A stretch of 63,631 nt of DNA, counting the filler, from Octopus bimaculoides (taxonomy: Eukaryota): the NCBI RefSeq assembly GCF_001194135.2. It is 10 parts of 10 records of this genome, joined end to end, with 100 filler letters (N's around TTAATTAATTAA, not from the genome) between each part and the next. Parts side by side here need not be neighbours in the genome. Positions count along the whole stretch, not along the records: positions 43,319 to 52,041 come from NC_069006.1; positions 52,142 to 56,599 come from NC_068994.1; positions 56,700 to 59,286 come from NC_069010.1; positions 59,387 to 61,325 come from NW_026347468.1; positions 61,426 to 63,631 come from NC_068992.1; 5 more parts are not named here. One strand, 5' to 3'. The translations under genes and the position numbers were made by a program. This document shows positions 50,663 through 63,569 of this stretch, one piece after another (position 1 is the first letter of the stretch; the number at the start of each line of letters is the position of its first letter). The notes under the pieces are model-generated. The model made no database searches and had not been told where the DNA came from. It worked only from the letters and a program-made list of their open reading frames with translations.

Positions 50663-51403
50663 GCCCTATGTATATATACATATATATGTATGTATATACG
50701 TGTATGTGTGTATCTGTATCTATATGTGTATATGTATCAATATATAAGTATAATTATATATGTCAACCCTAGTATTGTATATCTGCATCACTATCTTCAT
50801 ACATTTATAAATATACAAGATACGTACATATACATTTATACATACGTATCCTCACATACATACACACACGCACGTACACAACTCTTTTTTTTAATGTCTT
50901 TCTCAGTGGGCGTCATATTAAATTGTGAGGATTGCAAGAAAACGTTTTCCGCAGTCAAGTTACAGTTAATCCATTGGTTATGACAATCTACCCTTCCATA
51001 TTTCATTGAAATCTTCAGTTCAGTGATTTTCTGGGAAACATTCATTGTCTTACATCACAAGTCGCCAACATTAACAGCTCTTCCTGTCGCCTTCCTGTTA
51101 TGTAACATTCCCACAGTTTCCATGGCAAAACTTTCAAAGAGGATTGTATCAACTGCTTATAACGATACACTCAGTATTGTTTCTTCATTGTATCAAACCA
51201 TGACACATTCTGATGGAATTCACACTCATTCGATTTGATATCTGAGACCAAACAAGAGACAAGATATTTTTTCTTTCAAAATGCAACTTCCAAAAATGAC
51301 TGTCTAACTTTTACCGTTCATAATACTCAGCTAGAGTTGTTTACTGATTGAGTTTGTCCATAACATATCTTGACAGAATACACTCGTTCCATTTAATATT
51401 CCA

Positions 51404-51590
51404 TTGTCAAGATGTGTCATGGCCAAACTGCATTAAGAAACAACACTACCTGAATATTATAAACAATAAAAGTGACCCAGTCGTTTTTGAAAGTTGTCTT
51501 TGCAAAGTAAAGCAATCTTGAATTAGTTTGCTTATAATATTCAGTTAGTGTTGTTTCTTAATGCAGTGTGGCCATGACACATCTTGACAA
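51404..51590. repeat. 63-bp inverted repeat (60/63) within a degenerate multi-copy unit
   Basis: Arms 51404-51466 and 51528-51590. Confidence 0.88.
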
Positions 51591-52141
51591 AATATACTCG
51601 TTCCATTCGGTATCTGAGACTTCTTTTCTTTGAAGAGACAAGTTCCAAAGATGATTGTCTCGTTTTCTCTATTTATAATATTCAGTGTGTGTTCTGTTTA
51701 ACTCATGGGATCTATTTCAAAACAGGGGCACCAGTATTTTCTTAACGAAACACTAACAAAACACTTTGAAACTTGGGACACTGGTAGAATGTGTCATATA
51801 AAACATCTTTTACTCTTAGTCTTCTTAACAAAAAAACGTACATCGCAAGTTATTCCATGTTAAAGTTGTCGTATTTCTGTAATTTCAACCAATCGCTGAC
51901 GTCTATTCAGCTGAATAGAGTTACTGCTGGGCGGTCATAAAAATGTTATTCCCTGTGACATATTTCATCCGGTTTAATCGTAATTTATACGCATATATTG
52001 TTTATATAATAAATTACGCTGTGCGTATCTATGTGTGTAACNNNNNNNNNNNNNNNNNNNNNNNNNNNNNNNNNNNNNNNNNNNNTTAATTAATTAANNN
52101 NNNNNNNNNNNNNNNNNNNNNNNNNNNNNNNNNNNNNNNNN

Positions 52142-52213
<72 letters not shown>

Positions 52214-52339
52214 GTGAAACTTAAGTGGGTAATTTTACAAGATAACGCATGATATTTAATTGAGAGAAAGAATAAAAACAAGAAGGGGGAATGAGAAGTA
52301 TTCAGTGAGGAAGGAAGGAACCATTTTTTAAAGCAAAGG

Positions 52340-53001
52340 TAATCCACCATGACCACCACTACCTCCAAGACCACTATCACTACCGCGGTAACCACTACCG
52401 CAGTAACCACAACTCCTACCGCCACTGGTACTACCACCATCAGTAACGTCACCACCAGCACTAACATTTCCCACCACCACCACCAAAACCACCACCACCA
52501 CCATGACCACGCCTGCTATCACTGACGTCATCACCACCAGTACCAGCATCAGTACCATCACCACCAATACTGTCCCTAGTACTGTCATGAACACCACTAG
52601 CACCACTCCAATCATGACCATCACTACGATCATTTTCCACAAGACAGTACCAGGTTCAACGTTACTTCAACCACCACTACCACCAACAACACCACTTCAA
52701 CCATCGTTACTACCACCAGTACCATCTCAAGCACCATCCACGACAACCCGTCATCATCAGCTCCACCACCACAACGACCATTACCACCACCGCCAACACC
52801 ACCATTACCGCCATCAATCATCTTCACCACCACCACCACCACCACTACCAATGGTACCATACCAGTATCACCTCCTCTTTCACCACCAACACTACTACTA
52901 CTACTACTACTACCCCCTACTACTACCACCACCACCACCACCACCACCACTACTACTACTACTAATACTACCCCCCTACTACTACCACCACCACCACCAC
53001 C

Positions 53002-53033
<32 letters not shown>

Positions 53034-53069
53034 CCCCTACTACTACCACCACCACCACCACCACCACCA
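52340..53069. repeat. (CAC)/(TAC)/(CAT) low-complexity tract
   Basis: Direct read. Grades into pure repeats at the gap. Confidence 0.9.
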
Positions 53070-53959
53070 NNNNNNNNNNNNNNNNNNNNNNNNNNNNNNN
53101 NNNNNNNNNNNNNNNNNNNNNNNNNNNNNNNNNNNNNNNNNNNNNNNNNNNNNNNNNNNNNNNNNNNNNNNNNNNNNNNNNNNNNNNNNNNNNNNNNNNN
53201 NNNNNNNNNNNNNNNNNNNNNNNNNNNNNNNNNNNNNNNNNNNNNNNNNNNNNNNNNNNNNNNNNNNNNNNNNNNNNNNNNNNNNNNNNNNNNNNNNNNN
53301 NNNNNNNNNNNNNNNNNNNNNNNNNNNNNNNNNNNNNNNNNNNNNNNNNNNNNNNNNNNNNNNNNNNNNNNNNNNNNNNNNNNNNNNNNNNNNNNNNNNN
53401 NNNNNNNNNNNNNNNNNNNNNNNNNNNNNNNNNNNNNNNNNNNNNNNNNNATCTCCCCCACCCCTACACTTAACCTCCCTCTCTCCGCACCCGCACACGC
53501 ACACACACATCATCGCAACCCTGGTTCTTCCCTCTTTTTCTCTTCACCAACTCTCATCCCTAACCAGGCATCGGCTGCTGTCGCCGCTGGTCACGAAGTC
53601 GGTTTCAGAGCCAACGAGGGCGTTTCCTAGGTGATCGCGCAGCCTGCTAGAAATAGCAGTTAAATCTTCCTCATACCTCACCTTACCGTCATAGAAAAGA
53701 ATACTCTGAATATTGTGGTTTTAGGTTTCTTGCGCGTAGGTTAGTGGAAAGGGTTTCAGAAAATGAATATTCTATTTTTGGCGCTTACTCGAAAATGTTT
53801 CGGATTTTAAAGTTTTTTTTCCAATTTCAGAATTAAACAATTTATCAGGTGTAATAGTGTGGATGTGGCAATGCGGATCAAGACCCATAGAGGCCCTAAG
53901 CACAAAAGATTTTGGTGTCCCCATATATATGTAATTCAAAATATAAACAAAACTAACAG

Positions 53960-54227
53960 TAAGATGGGCCCGGTTTCTCGGTTTCTATGGCGTATGTGTT
54001 CCTTGTCGTTGGACGGGACGCCAGTCCATCGCAGTGTAATTCAAGAAACAGTGAGAGAGAGTTGGGGCGAAAGAGTACGACAGGGGTCACCAACACCCCC
54101 TGTCGGAGCATCGTGGATCTTAGTTGTTTTCACTCAATAAACACTCATGTCGCCCGGTCTGGGAATCGAAACCGCAAGCCTCCGATCGGAGTCCGCTGCC
54201 CTAACCACTGGGCCATTGCGCCTCCAC
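53960..54227 (-). mobile_element. tRNA-derived SINE related to family C, with a different middle
   Basis: gtggaggcgcaatggcccagtggttagggcagcggactc...ggtttcgattcccagaccgggcgac. Tail ctgcgatggactggcgtcccgtcca...gaaaccgggcccat is shared with 40548-40811. Confidence 0.88.
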
Positions 54228-54519
54228 TTATTTTTATATACGTCCATTTTATTTATATTTGAAAAGTTTTCTACTTTTTTTTATTGCAACGTTTTTAATC
54301 AGATCCTCACTACAACACCGTAAACACTTCGAAATTATATTTCCGATCATATAAACCACTTCGAATATTATTTTAGCAAGTGATTTATTTTGTGCCGTAA
54401 GCCATTTACCATTTCTGCAGTGTCCCTGCTTCCCTTAATGCCCTAAGCCCGTGCTTAATTTGCTTAACGGTTAATCCAGCCTTAGGTTGTGGTTGTGGTT
54501 GATGTTGTGGTTGTTGTCA

Positions 54520-54965
54520 AGGGTGACGGATTGAAAGATTCGTTAGAGCATTAAAAAACAAAACTAAAAAAAAATCTTGGTTCCGAATTCAAATTTCTCG
54601 ACAGCATTTCAGCTCTTCTGAGTTCAAATTCCGCCGAGTTCAACTTAGTCTTTCATCCTTTCAGGGTCTATAAAATAAATTATCAGTCATGTACTGAGGT
54701 TGCTAATACTGACCCCCTTCTCTAAAAATTGCTAACTTTGTGCTTATATTAGAAACGGTTATCAAAAAAAGTGGGGCGCTGGCAGAGTCATTAAGCCATC
54801 GGAAAAACAGTTTTACCGCATTCAGTCAGGGGTTTCTATTCTGAGTTCAAATCCTGCCGAGATAAACTGTCTTTCATCCAGCTGAAAAGTACCAGTCAAG
54901 CACTGAGGCTGGTGATATTGACTAAACCCTGCCCTCAAATTTGTGACCTTTCACTTATATTAGAA
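54520..54965 (+). mobile_element. Two tandem, old SINE family A copies
   Basis: Two ttctgagttcaaat(t/c)c(c/t)gccgag blocks, each followed by ctttcatcc and a degenerate tail. Confidence 0.7.
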
Positions 54966-55451
54966 ATAATTACTACTATTCTTTCTTTGGTTGTTTATAC
55001 TCAGGTCAACCCGACAGAACGGGCCTTATGACCAAAGACGTTCCAACTGTGACCATTCTATTTTACTATTTAGAAATAGTGTATCATAGGACTACATTAT
55101 CCAGTGTATCCTTTTTTAAAAGGTTTTTGAGTATTACTTGAAGTAAATTTGACTGTAATTTCTAGCACGTCAAATGGCCTCATTGAGGCCCCCACACTGG
55201 CTCTTAGTCTCGTTGTTGTTGCTGTTATTGCTGTTGTTGTCGCTACTGTTGTTGTTGACTAATGTTTATAATGAACGAATGATTTTGTTTGGAAACAAAA
55301 CAAACCAATGCATTCTTTATCTCTTTATCGTCTTTTCTTTATATGTTTAAATGATAAACTTCTGGAAAGTTTTACAGATTTTTACAGTTCCAGTGATGGT
55401 TTGGATCTGTAGTAAGTATGTACGTATGTATGTATGTATGTATGTATGTAT

Positions 55452-55613
55452 GCACAGGAGTGGCTATGTGGTAAGTAGATTGGTTACCAACTACATGGTT
55501 CTGGGTTCAGTCCCACTGCGTGGCACCTTGGGCAAGTGTCTTCTACTATAGCCGCGGGCCGACCAAAGCCCTGTGAGTGGATTTGGTAGACAGAAACTGA
55601 AAGAAGCCCATCG

Positions 55614-55678
<65 letters not shown>
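55452..55678 (+). mobile_element. SINE family B, 5' half, ending in its internal microsatellite at a gap
   Basis: Homology to 48970-49160. Confidence 0.92.
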
Positions 55679-55916
55679 NNNNNNNNNNNNNNNNNNNNNN
55701 NNNNNNNNNNNNNNNNNNNNNNNNNNNNNNNNNNNNNNNNNNNNNNNNNNNNNNNNNNNNNNNNNNNNNNNNNNNNNNNNNNNNNNNNNNNNNNNNNNNN
55801 NNNNNNNNNNNNNNNNNNNNNNNNNNNNNNNNNNNNNNNNNNNNNNNNNNNNNNNNNNNNNNNNNNNNNNNNNNNNNNNNNNNNNNNNNNNNNNNNNNNN
55901 NNNNNNNNNNNNNNNN

Positions 55917-55986
<70 letters not shown>

Positions 55987-56113
55987 ATAGTGGTGGTGGT
56001 GGTGGTGGAAGTGAAGAACCCGCTGTTGGGTACGTTACATGTATCGTTTTTGCTTTTCCTTCTTTCGTCCTTTTGTCCGCTTGTCCGTTTATCCCGGCCT
56101 ATCCTTGGGCTGA

Positions 56114-56147
<34 letters not shown>

Positions 56148-56699
56148 AGTGTGTCTGTCTGCCTATCTCTCAGCCACTCTGTCTGACCGTCTGCTTGTTG
56201 ATGTACAATCCTCTCTTCCCCTCCCTGTCAGCCACCCATCTTAAGCTATCCAGCTACCTAGCCATTTCAGTCTGTGATTCCTGTACTGACGGCACTGGAT
56301 GGCAGTATGAAACCAGCTGCCAAATTCTCTACAAAGATCCATCCATAACATAAGCTTGACCATAGGTATGTGTTAAACGGTTTTATTCTAAATCTCTCTT
56401 AACTTTCAGTTCACGCCCGGCCGATCGATCGACCGATCGACCGATCGAATGCGCAACGTCACCTATAAAATTTCAGAATGAATAATTACTGCATTGTAGG
56501 TAAATATTTTACTCATATAATTTGTACACAAAGACAAAAGCTTTCGGCACCCCTATCAGACACAAAGTACACACACACACACACATATGTATATATATAN
56601 NNNNNNNNNNNNNNNNNNNNNNNNNNNNNNNNNNNNNNNNNNNTTAATTAATTAANNNNNNNNNNNNNNNNNNNNNNNNNNNNNNNNNNNNNNNNNNNN

Positions 56700-56981
56700 T
56701 ATATAATACAGTTCTATATTTAAGAGATTAGGAATTATGTACATTATTTACATTTGACGGATATTTGTCCTCATCTGGTTTGTTGTTAACACAATGTTTC
56801 GGCTGATATACCCTCCAGCCTTCGTCAGGTGTCTTGGGGGAAATTTCGAACCTGGGTTCTCGTTCTTAAGGTATTTTTGATGTTGTTAAATTATTATTCA
56901 TCATCATTATTGTTAAGGTCACTGCCCAGAATCAAACTCAGAATTTTGGGGTTAGTAGCCCGCGCTCTTAACCACTACGCT
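56700..56981 (-). mobile_element. tRNA-headed SINE-like element carrying a hammerhead
   Basis: Head gcgtagtggttaagagcgcgggctactaacc...gagtttgattctgggcagtgacc (A and B boxes), AT-rich linker, HHR, 3' tail. Confidence 0.75.
56788..56833 (-). ncRNA. Minimal type I hammerhead (stem III C-A mismatch in this copy)
   Basis: GACAC CUGACGA A GGCUG-GAGGGUAUAU-CAGCC GAAA CA UU GUGUU: stem I 5 bp, stem II 5 bp, canonical core. Confidence 0.78.
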
Positions 56982-57944
56982 ATACGCATGTGTGTGTGTG
57001 TGTCTGTGTTATACAAAGATTCAAAGTTCATTTTCTTGTCATTTGATTTAAGATGTTAAAGATTATATCAAAGAAACAAGACAAAAAAAAAGGAAGTTTC
57101 CTCAGTGAAAATTACCAGTTCAACAGGTATTTATATAAAGGAACAAGACTACAAAGAGTCCATCAACAATAGTCAGGTCAAATTATGACAACTACGTATT
57201 GAAATATGATCTTACTATATGAGTATAACGAGCTGATGTAATTGTGCAACTGCTGATACATGGGTCGCGATCAAAATCTTTACTGTGCACTGTCTATCTA
57301 GTTAGGTAGCAGCAGTGGTTTTCAATAGGATGGACTTCAGATGAGGTCATCATTAAACGTCAGCGGAGTATGTTTAATAAATGATTGTACTAGATGAGTA
57401 TTACTCTCTGAGTCTCTGCGATTTGTTGCAAGGAACATACATACATACATACATACATACATACATACATACATACGTAGACAATACATACACACATATT
57501 TGCATATATAGTTGGAATTTACAAAAAAAAAAAAAAAAAAAAAAAAGACGCTGATGGGTGTGTAAACAACAAACAGATGTATTAGTCTAACGCTTGGGAA
57601 GTGAGAAAGCCTTTTATGTTTCGAGCCTATGCTCTTCACCAGAAAGGAAAACAGGAATAAACATAGAAAAAGGTTTAGGGGCTAGCGATCTATCATGGCG
57701 ATTTGCATACATACATACATACATACATACGTACGCACGTACGTATATACATGCATACGTGTTTGCATACCTGTTGATTGCTCCGCATTCACAGATAATT
57801 ACCTGCTCGTTATGTATCCTCGTTAGCAATGGCATTTCTGACTTCCCGTCCAGGATCACTCAGTTATGAGCAGTACTTCACATACATAGTTAGACACGCC
57901 TTTCTTTGCACACACTCGCGCACACTATTGTGTTCGTATGAATG

Positions 57945-57999
<55 letters not shown>

Positions 58000-58275
58000 T
58001 CAACTCTCTCTTATACACACATACAGACTATACACGCGCGGGTGCAANNNNNNNNNNNNNNNNNNNNNNNNNNNNNNNNNNNNNNNNNNNNNNNNNNNNN
58101 NNNNNNNNNNNNNNNNNNNNNNNNNNNNNNNNNNNNNNNNNNNNNNNNNNNNNNNNNNNNNNNNNNNNNNNNNNNNNNNNNNNNNNNNNNNNNNNNNNNN
58201 NNNNNNNNNNNNNNNNNNNNNNNNNNNNNNNNNNNNNNNNNNNNNNNNNNNNNNNNNNNNNNNNNNNNNNNNNNN

Positions 58276-58327
<52 letters not shown>

Positions 58328-58375
58328 TCAACTCTCTCTTATACACACATACAGACTATACACGCGCGGGTGCAA

Positions 58376-58481
58376 ACAAGCATGTATACGCATGTATACA
58401 CATGTATACGCATGTATACACATGTATACACATGTATACGCATGTATACGCATGTATACACAAACAAGCATGTATACGCAT
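58376..58481. repeat. 10-bp tandem repeat CATGTATACR x about 9
   Basis: Direct read. Confidence 0.93.
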
Positions 58482-58991
58482 ACACACCCACTTCTCTCAC
58501 CTCTACCTCCAATTTCCTCCTACTCCGCATTCCTTCCACGCCCCTCTCCCCTCCCATTATCTCCACTAATTGCTCCACTTCAACCCCAGCGGTATGAGCA
58601 GGCGCAGACACACCTGCAATCTCTTTCTTTATCTCCCCGCCCCCCCTCTCCCCTTCCCCGTCACCTTCGACACCACTGCTATCAGCAACAATAATACAAT
58701 CACCTCTACTAGAACCACCACCCCTACGACAAATACCACTACCTTCACCACCATAAACATTCATACCACAATTTTCCATCAGGCCTCACCAATTAAGCTA
58801 TTCTGGTATTCCTGGATATTTTGTCATTAAACCTTTGAACTACATTAACCCAGGTAAATATTTTCAACTCTGATATATATATATATATGTATGTATGTAT
58901 GTATGTGTATATGCATGTAAGTGTGTATGTACGTACGTTGCAGTACAATAAGTGAAGGCGTGTGGTTTTGTCGCTAAAGCTCGAAAAATTA

Positions 58992-59153
58992 GCGTGCAGG
59001 TGAGTGTGTACCCCTAAACGCAGTTCTCAGGGAGATTCAGTGTAACACAGAGTATGACAAGGCTGGCCCCTTTGTAATACAGGTGGACACAACACTTCGC
59101 CGAGAATTGAACTCGGGATCTTACAATCGTGAGTCGAATGCCCTTACCACTAA
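58992..59153 (-). mobile_element. SINE family D with the core domain deleted
   Basis: Matches 31976-32220 except for the loss of the segment between acaggt and ggacacaac. Confidence 0.8.
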
Positions 59154-59243
59154 AGTTTAGTGGGAAAAGTTTTGTTGCAGTGTTGATTTAAATTTGGCTA
59201 TAGGCTATAGTGGATCGAATCCATTTCATGCATGCAAGATCCA

Positions 59244-59286
<43 letters not shown>

Positions 59287-60693
59287 NNNNNNNNNNNNNN
59301 NNNNNNNNNNNNNNNNNNNNNNNNNNNNNNTTAATTAATTAANNNNNNNNNNNNNNNNNNNNNNNNNNNNNNNNNNNNNNNNNNNNGGGGGGGAGATATT
59401 CAGAGATAGAAAGACAGATAGACATACAGAGACACAAAGAGAAAGAGAAAGAGAGAGAGTGTGTGTGTAAGAGAGATAAGACAGCCAGTCAGAGAGAGAG
59501 AGAGAAAGAGATACAGAAAGAGAAGAGAATGAGATAAGAGGAGGTTTGTGTAAGCGAACGTGTGTATGTGTGGATGTGATTATTAGTCAAACAATGGAAA
59601 ACAATCATAACTTGCAGTTGATATTTTTACTACAACACACAACAGAGAAACGCATCAATCTTACGCCATTTTCTTTTCATTCTATATGTTTGTTTTTTTT
59701 TAGTTTTCTCTTGTTATTTTTTGTTATTTTTAGTGTCGTTCCGTTTTGTTTTGATGCCTTTTGTTTTCTATCGTTATTATTATTTAGTTATTTGTCTATA
59801 TATATACATATATATATATATATANNNNNNNNNNNNNNNNNNNNNNNNNNNNNNNNNNNNNNNNNNNNNNNNNNNNNNNNNNNNNNNNNNNNNNNNNNNN
59901 NNNNNNNNNNNNNNNNNNNNNNNNNNNNNNNNNNNNNNNNNNNNNNNNNNNNNNNNNNNNNNNNNNNNNNNNNNNNNNNNNNNNNNNNNNNNNNNNNNNN
60001 NNNNNNNNNNNNNNNNNNNNNNNNNNNNNNNNNNNNNNNNNNNNNNNNNNNNNNNNNNNNNNNNNNNNNNNNNNNNNNNNNNNNNNNNNNNNNNNNNNNN
60101 NNNNNNNNNNNNNNNNNNNNNNNNNNNNNNNNNNNNNNNNNNNNNNNNNNNNNNNNNNNNNNNNNNNNNNNNNNNNNNNNNNNNNNNNNNNNNNNNNNNN
60201 NNNNNNNNNNNNNNNNNNNNNNNNNNNNNNNNNNNNNNNNNNNNNNNNNNNNNNNNNNNNNNNNNNNNNNNNNNNNNNNNNNNNNNNNNNNNNNNNNNNN
60301 NNNNNNNNNNNNNNNNNNNNNNNNNNNNNNNNNNNNNNNNNNNNNNNNNNNNNNNNNNNNNNNNNNNNNNNNNNNNNNNNNNNNNNNNNNNNNNNNNNNN
60401 NNNNNNNNNNNNNNNNNNNNNNNNNNNNNNNNNNNNNNNNNNNNNNNNNNNNNNNNNNNNNNNNNNNNNNNNNNNNNNNNNNNNNNNNNNNNNNNNNNNN
60501 NNNNNNNNNNNNNNNNNNNNNNNNNNNNNNNNNNNNNNNNNNNNNNNNNNNNNNNNNNNNNNNNNNNNNNNNNNNNNNNNNNNNNNNNNNNNNNNNNNNN
60601 NNNNNNNNNNNNNNNNNNNNNNNNNNNNNNNNNNNNNNNNNNNNNNNNNNNNNNNNNNNNNNNNNNNNNNNNNNNNNNNNNNNNNNNNNNNNN

Positions 60694-60744
<51 letters not shown>

Positions 60745-61283
60745 AACACACACACACATAGTATATTATCATATTATATATGAATACATTATACATAGAT
60801 GGATGTATATACATATATAGATACTCATATGTGTGGTGCATCTGTGCAGTTTATTTGTGTCTTTGTTTCCATCATTATTTCTGTTATTCTTGGCGTGGAA
60901 ATTCGTCGTCATCGTTGCATCCAACGAAAGTTCCAACGCGATTTTCATTAGTACCAGTACATGTTCATGAAGGTTATCATCAGCATCATCATCATCATCA
61001 TCATCATCATCCTCATCACCACCACCCCCAACACCACCACCACCACCACCACAACAATCATCATCATAAACATGATCTTCATTATAATCGTCATCGTTAG
61101 CAAAAGAGGGGGAAAAAAAGCAAAAACAGAAAGTTTGTACATCATTTGAAATTGTATTTTTACTTTCATTAAACACAGACACGCGTGGGCGCACACACAC
61201 GCACAGACACACACATACACGCACACACGTACTCCTACACACACATACACACGCATAACACACACAGAGATACATATAGTATG

Positions 61284-61325
<42 letters not shown>

Positions 61326-61425
61326 NNNNNNNNNNNNNNNNNNNNNNNNNNNNNNNNNNNNNNNNNNNNTTAATTAATTAANNNNNNNNNNNNNNNNNNN
61401 NNNNNNNNNNNNNNNNNNNNNNNNN

Positions 61426-61460
<35 letters not shown>

Positions 61461-61537
61461 CAAGTGTCTTCTCTTGTAGCCCCAGGTTGACCAATGCCTG
61501 GTGAAAGAAATTGCCAAATGGAAATGACATAGAAGCC

Positions 61538-61860
61538 TCATCATCATTTAATGTCTGTTTACATGCTGGCATGGATTGGACGGTTCAACTTGTGCTGACA
61601 AGCTGGAGAGCAGCACCAGGCTCCAGTCGTCTGTTTTAGTTGGGTTTCTATGGCTGGATGCCCTTCCGTCAACCATTTTACAGAGTGGACTGGGTGTGTT
61701 TCATGTGTCTCTGGCATGGGTGCTCTTTTATGTATCACCAGCATAGGTGCCCTCTTATGTGTCACCAGCATTGATGCCTCTCTGTGTCCTTGGCATGGGT
61801 GCCCTCTTATGTGTCCCTGGCATGGGTGCCCTTTTATGTATCACCAGCACAGGTGCCTTT
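61538..61860 (-). mobile_element. RTE 3' UTR fragment ending in a 26-27-bp tandem array
   Basis: catcatcatttaatgtc...ggatgcccttcc, then atgtrtcaccagcatrggtgccctctt-like units. Confidence 0.8.
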
Positions 61861-62609
61861 TAGGTTTTTTTATCATATGCAAGGTGTCCAATGAACACAA
61901 CTTTCCTTACAAAGCAGGCTTGGTAGGGCTACCAGTTTCGTCTCTGCAACAGGTTGTGCTGAGTTAAATGTTACATTGTAAAGCCAAAGATCTTGTTCTT
62001 AATAGTTTCTGGATTATTTAGCTTTGTAGGTGAGAGTCTTAGCAGCACTGTGCCACCTCTTATAAGCATAACAGGATTGCAGGGCCACAGAAAAAAAAAA
62101 AAAAAAAACGTTAACTATGCAAGTCCAGAGCCTGGGAGAGGAGGTGGTGAGTGAAATTTATAATTTTTTGAATGAAGTCTTTTTCCTCTGTTACTTAGCT
62201 TATCAGGAACACTTTCACAGGAGTAGCTGAAGGAAGAGGTAAAGAGTGAAAGAAAAAAGCAGAGAGAAAGATGGTGAATGCCATGTATTAAATCTATAAA
62301 ACTGAGCATAAAGTATATAAAGTGTATATATAAAGTGCATTAAATAATCATTGTATTCCAATTTCCTTCTCTTTTCAATGATTAGCAGATGAGCGACTAT
62401 ATTTTAATGCAGATGCAACACCGGCTACGCTTTCAAGATTTTTAGATAAAACTTTCAGACATAACCCAATAAGTTTACCATAAATTCCATGAAACATTCA
62501 CAGGTCCTGCTAGTTCTGTATTATTTGTAAAAATGTTATATAACAGTTACATAGAGAATGGGAAAACCTTCACTTTTTCCTTGGATTTTTCATATATATT
62601 TTACATTGT

Positions 62610-62830
62610 GTTTTATTAGTTTCAGTCTTTGAACTGTAGTCATGCAGGAGCTCAACTTTGGCAGGTTTTAGTCGAACAAATTGCTACCAGTACTCACAAT
62701 TTTTTAAAAGTCTGGTACTTATTTAATTTGTCTCTTTTCTCGAACTGCTAGGTTACAAGAACATAAACAAAGCAACATATGTTGCAAAGCAGTGAGGAGT
62801 GTGGTGACAAACACAGACACAAAGATATGC
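62610..62830 (-). mobile_element. Old SINE family B, 3' half
   Basis: tttcagtctttg..ctgtagtcatgc...ttagtcgaacaaat...ggtacttattt...gaactgctaggtta...gacaaacacagacac. Confidence 0.65.
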
Positions 62831-63113
62831 GCACACATGCGTGTTAACATATACACAAACACACATATGCACACATATACAGAACACATTCAGACATATA
62901 GGATCGTGCATCTCACACACATCCACTCCCCCCACACACACACACACGCACACACAACTAGGGAGCCTCTACATGGTCATTCAACATGCTAGAAATAAAA
63001 GCAAAATTTCTCTCAAATCCTACGTTACTATTATAAAGAAAAACAGAAGGGCACAATTGATAATACAGTCCATTATATATCATGCTTGCATAAAGAAAAG
63101 ATTGAATGATCCA

Positions 63114-63157
<44 letters not shown>

Positions 63158-63569
63158 CTTGAGATAAATGAACTGTGTGTGTGTGTGTGTGTGTGCCAAA
63201 GTCTGCTTGACTACGGCTGACCAGGGGTTAAACTGCAACAGTAACCCAAGGAAAGACTGTCTCACTGTGTTAGTTCAAATTGCTAGAAATAAATTCTCCC
63301 CAAAACATGTCCTCAGAAAGGGAAAAGAAAACAATATGGTAGATAATATAGTCCAAGATATGCTATGGCTGAAAACAAAAACAAATGGGATAGTCATGGC
63401 ATCCGAGTTGTAACCAAAGGAAAAGCAAGGGCATATTAGCTATTGTAGTCCTAAACAGATGACGTTTCAAAAACAGATGGCATGGCCTGAAATACTTTCC
63501 ATTATAAGAGCCTACTTCATCATGGCTACCTTGGAATAAACAACAACAACAATAACACACACACACAGA

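Noticed and set aside
50890-51240. Possible piggyBac-like coding remnant on the minus strand
   Set aside because: No diagnostic motif or TTAA-flanked terminus could be read.
52503-53069. Thr/Pro/His-rich mucin-like ORF
   Set aside because: It grades into pure (CAC)/(TAC) repeats, several frames are open for the same reason, and I see no splice or domain evidence.
57335-57370. CAGAUGA...AAACGUC hammerhead-like spacing
   Set aside because: Core mismatches without compensation, and no convincing stems.
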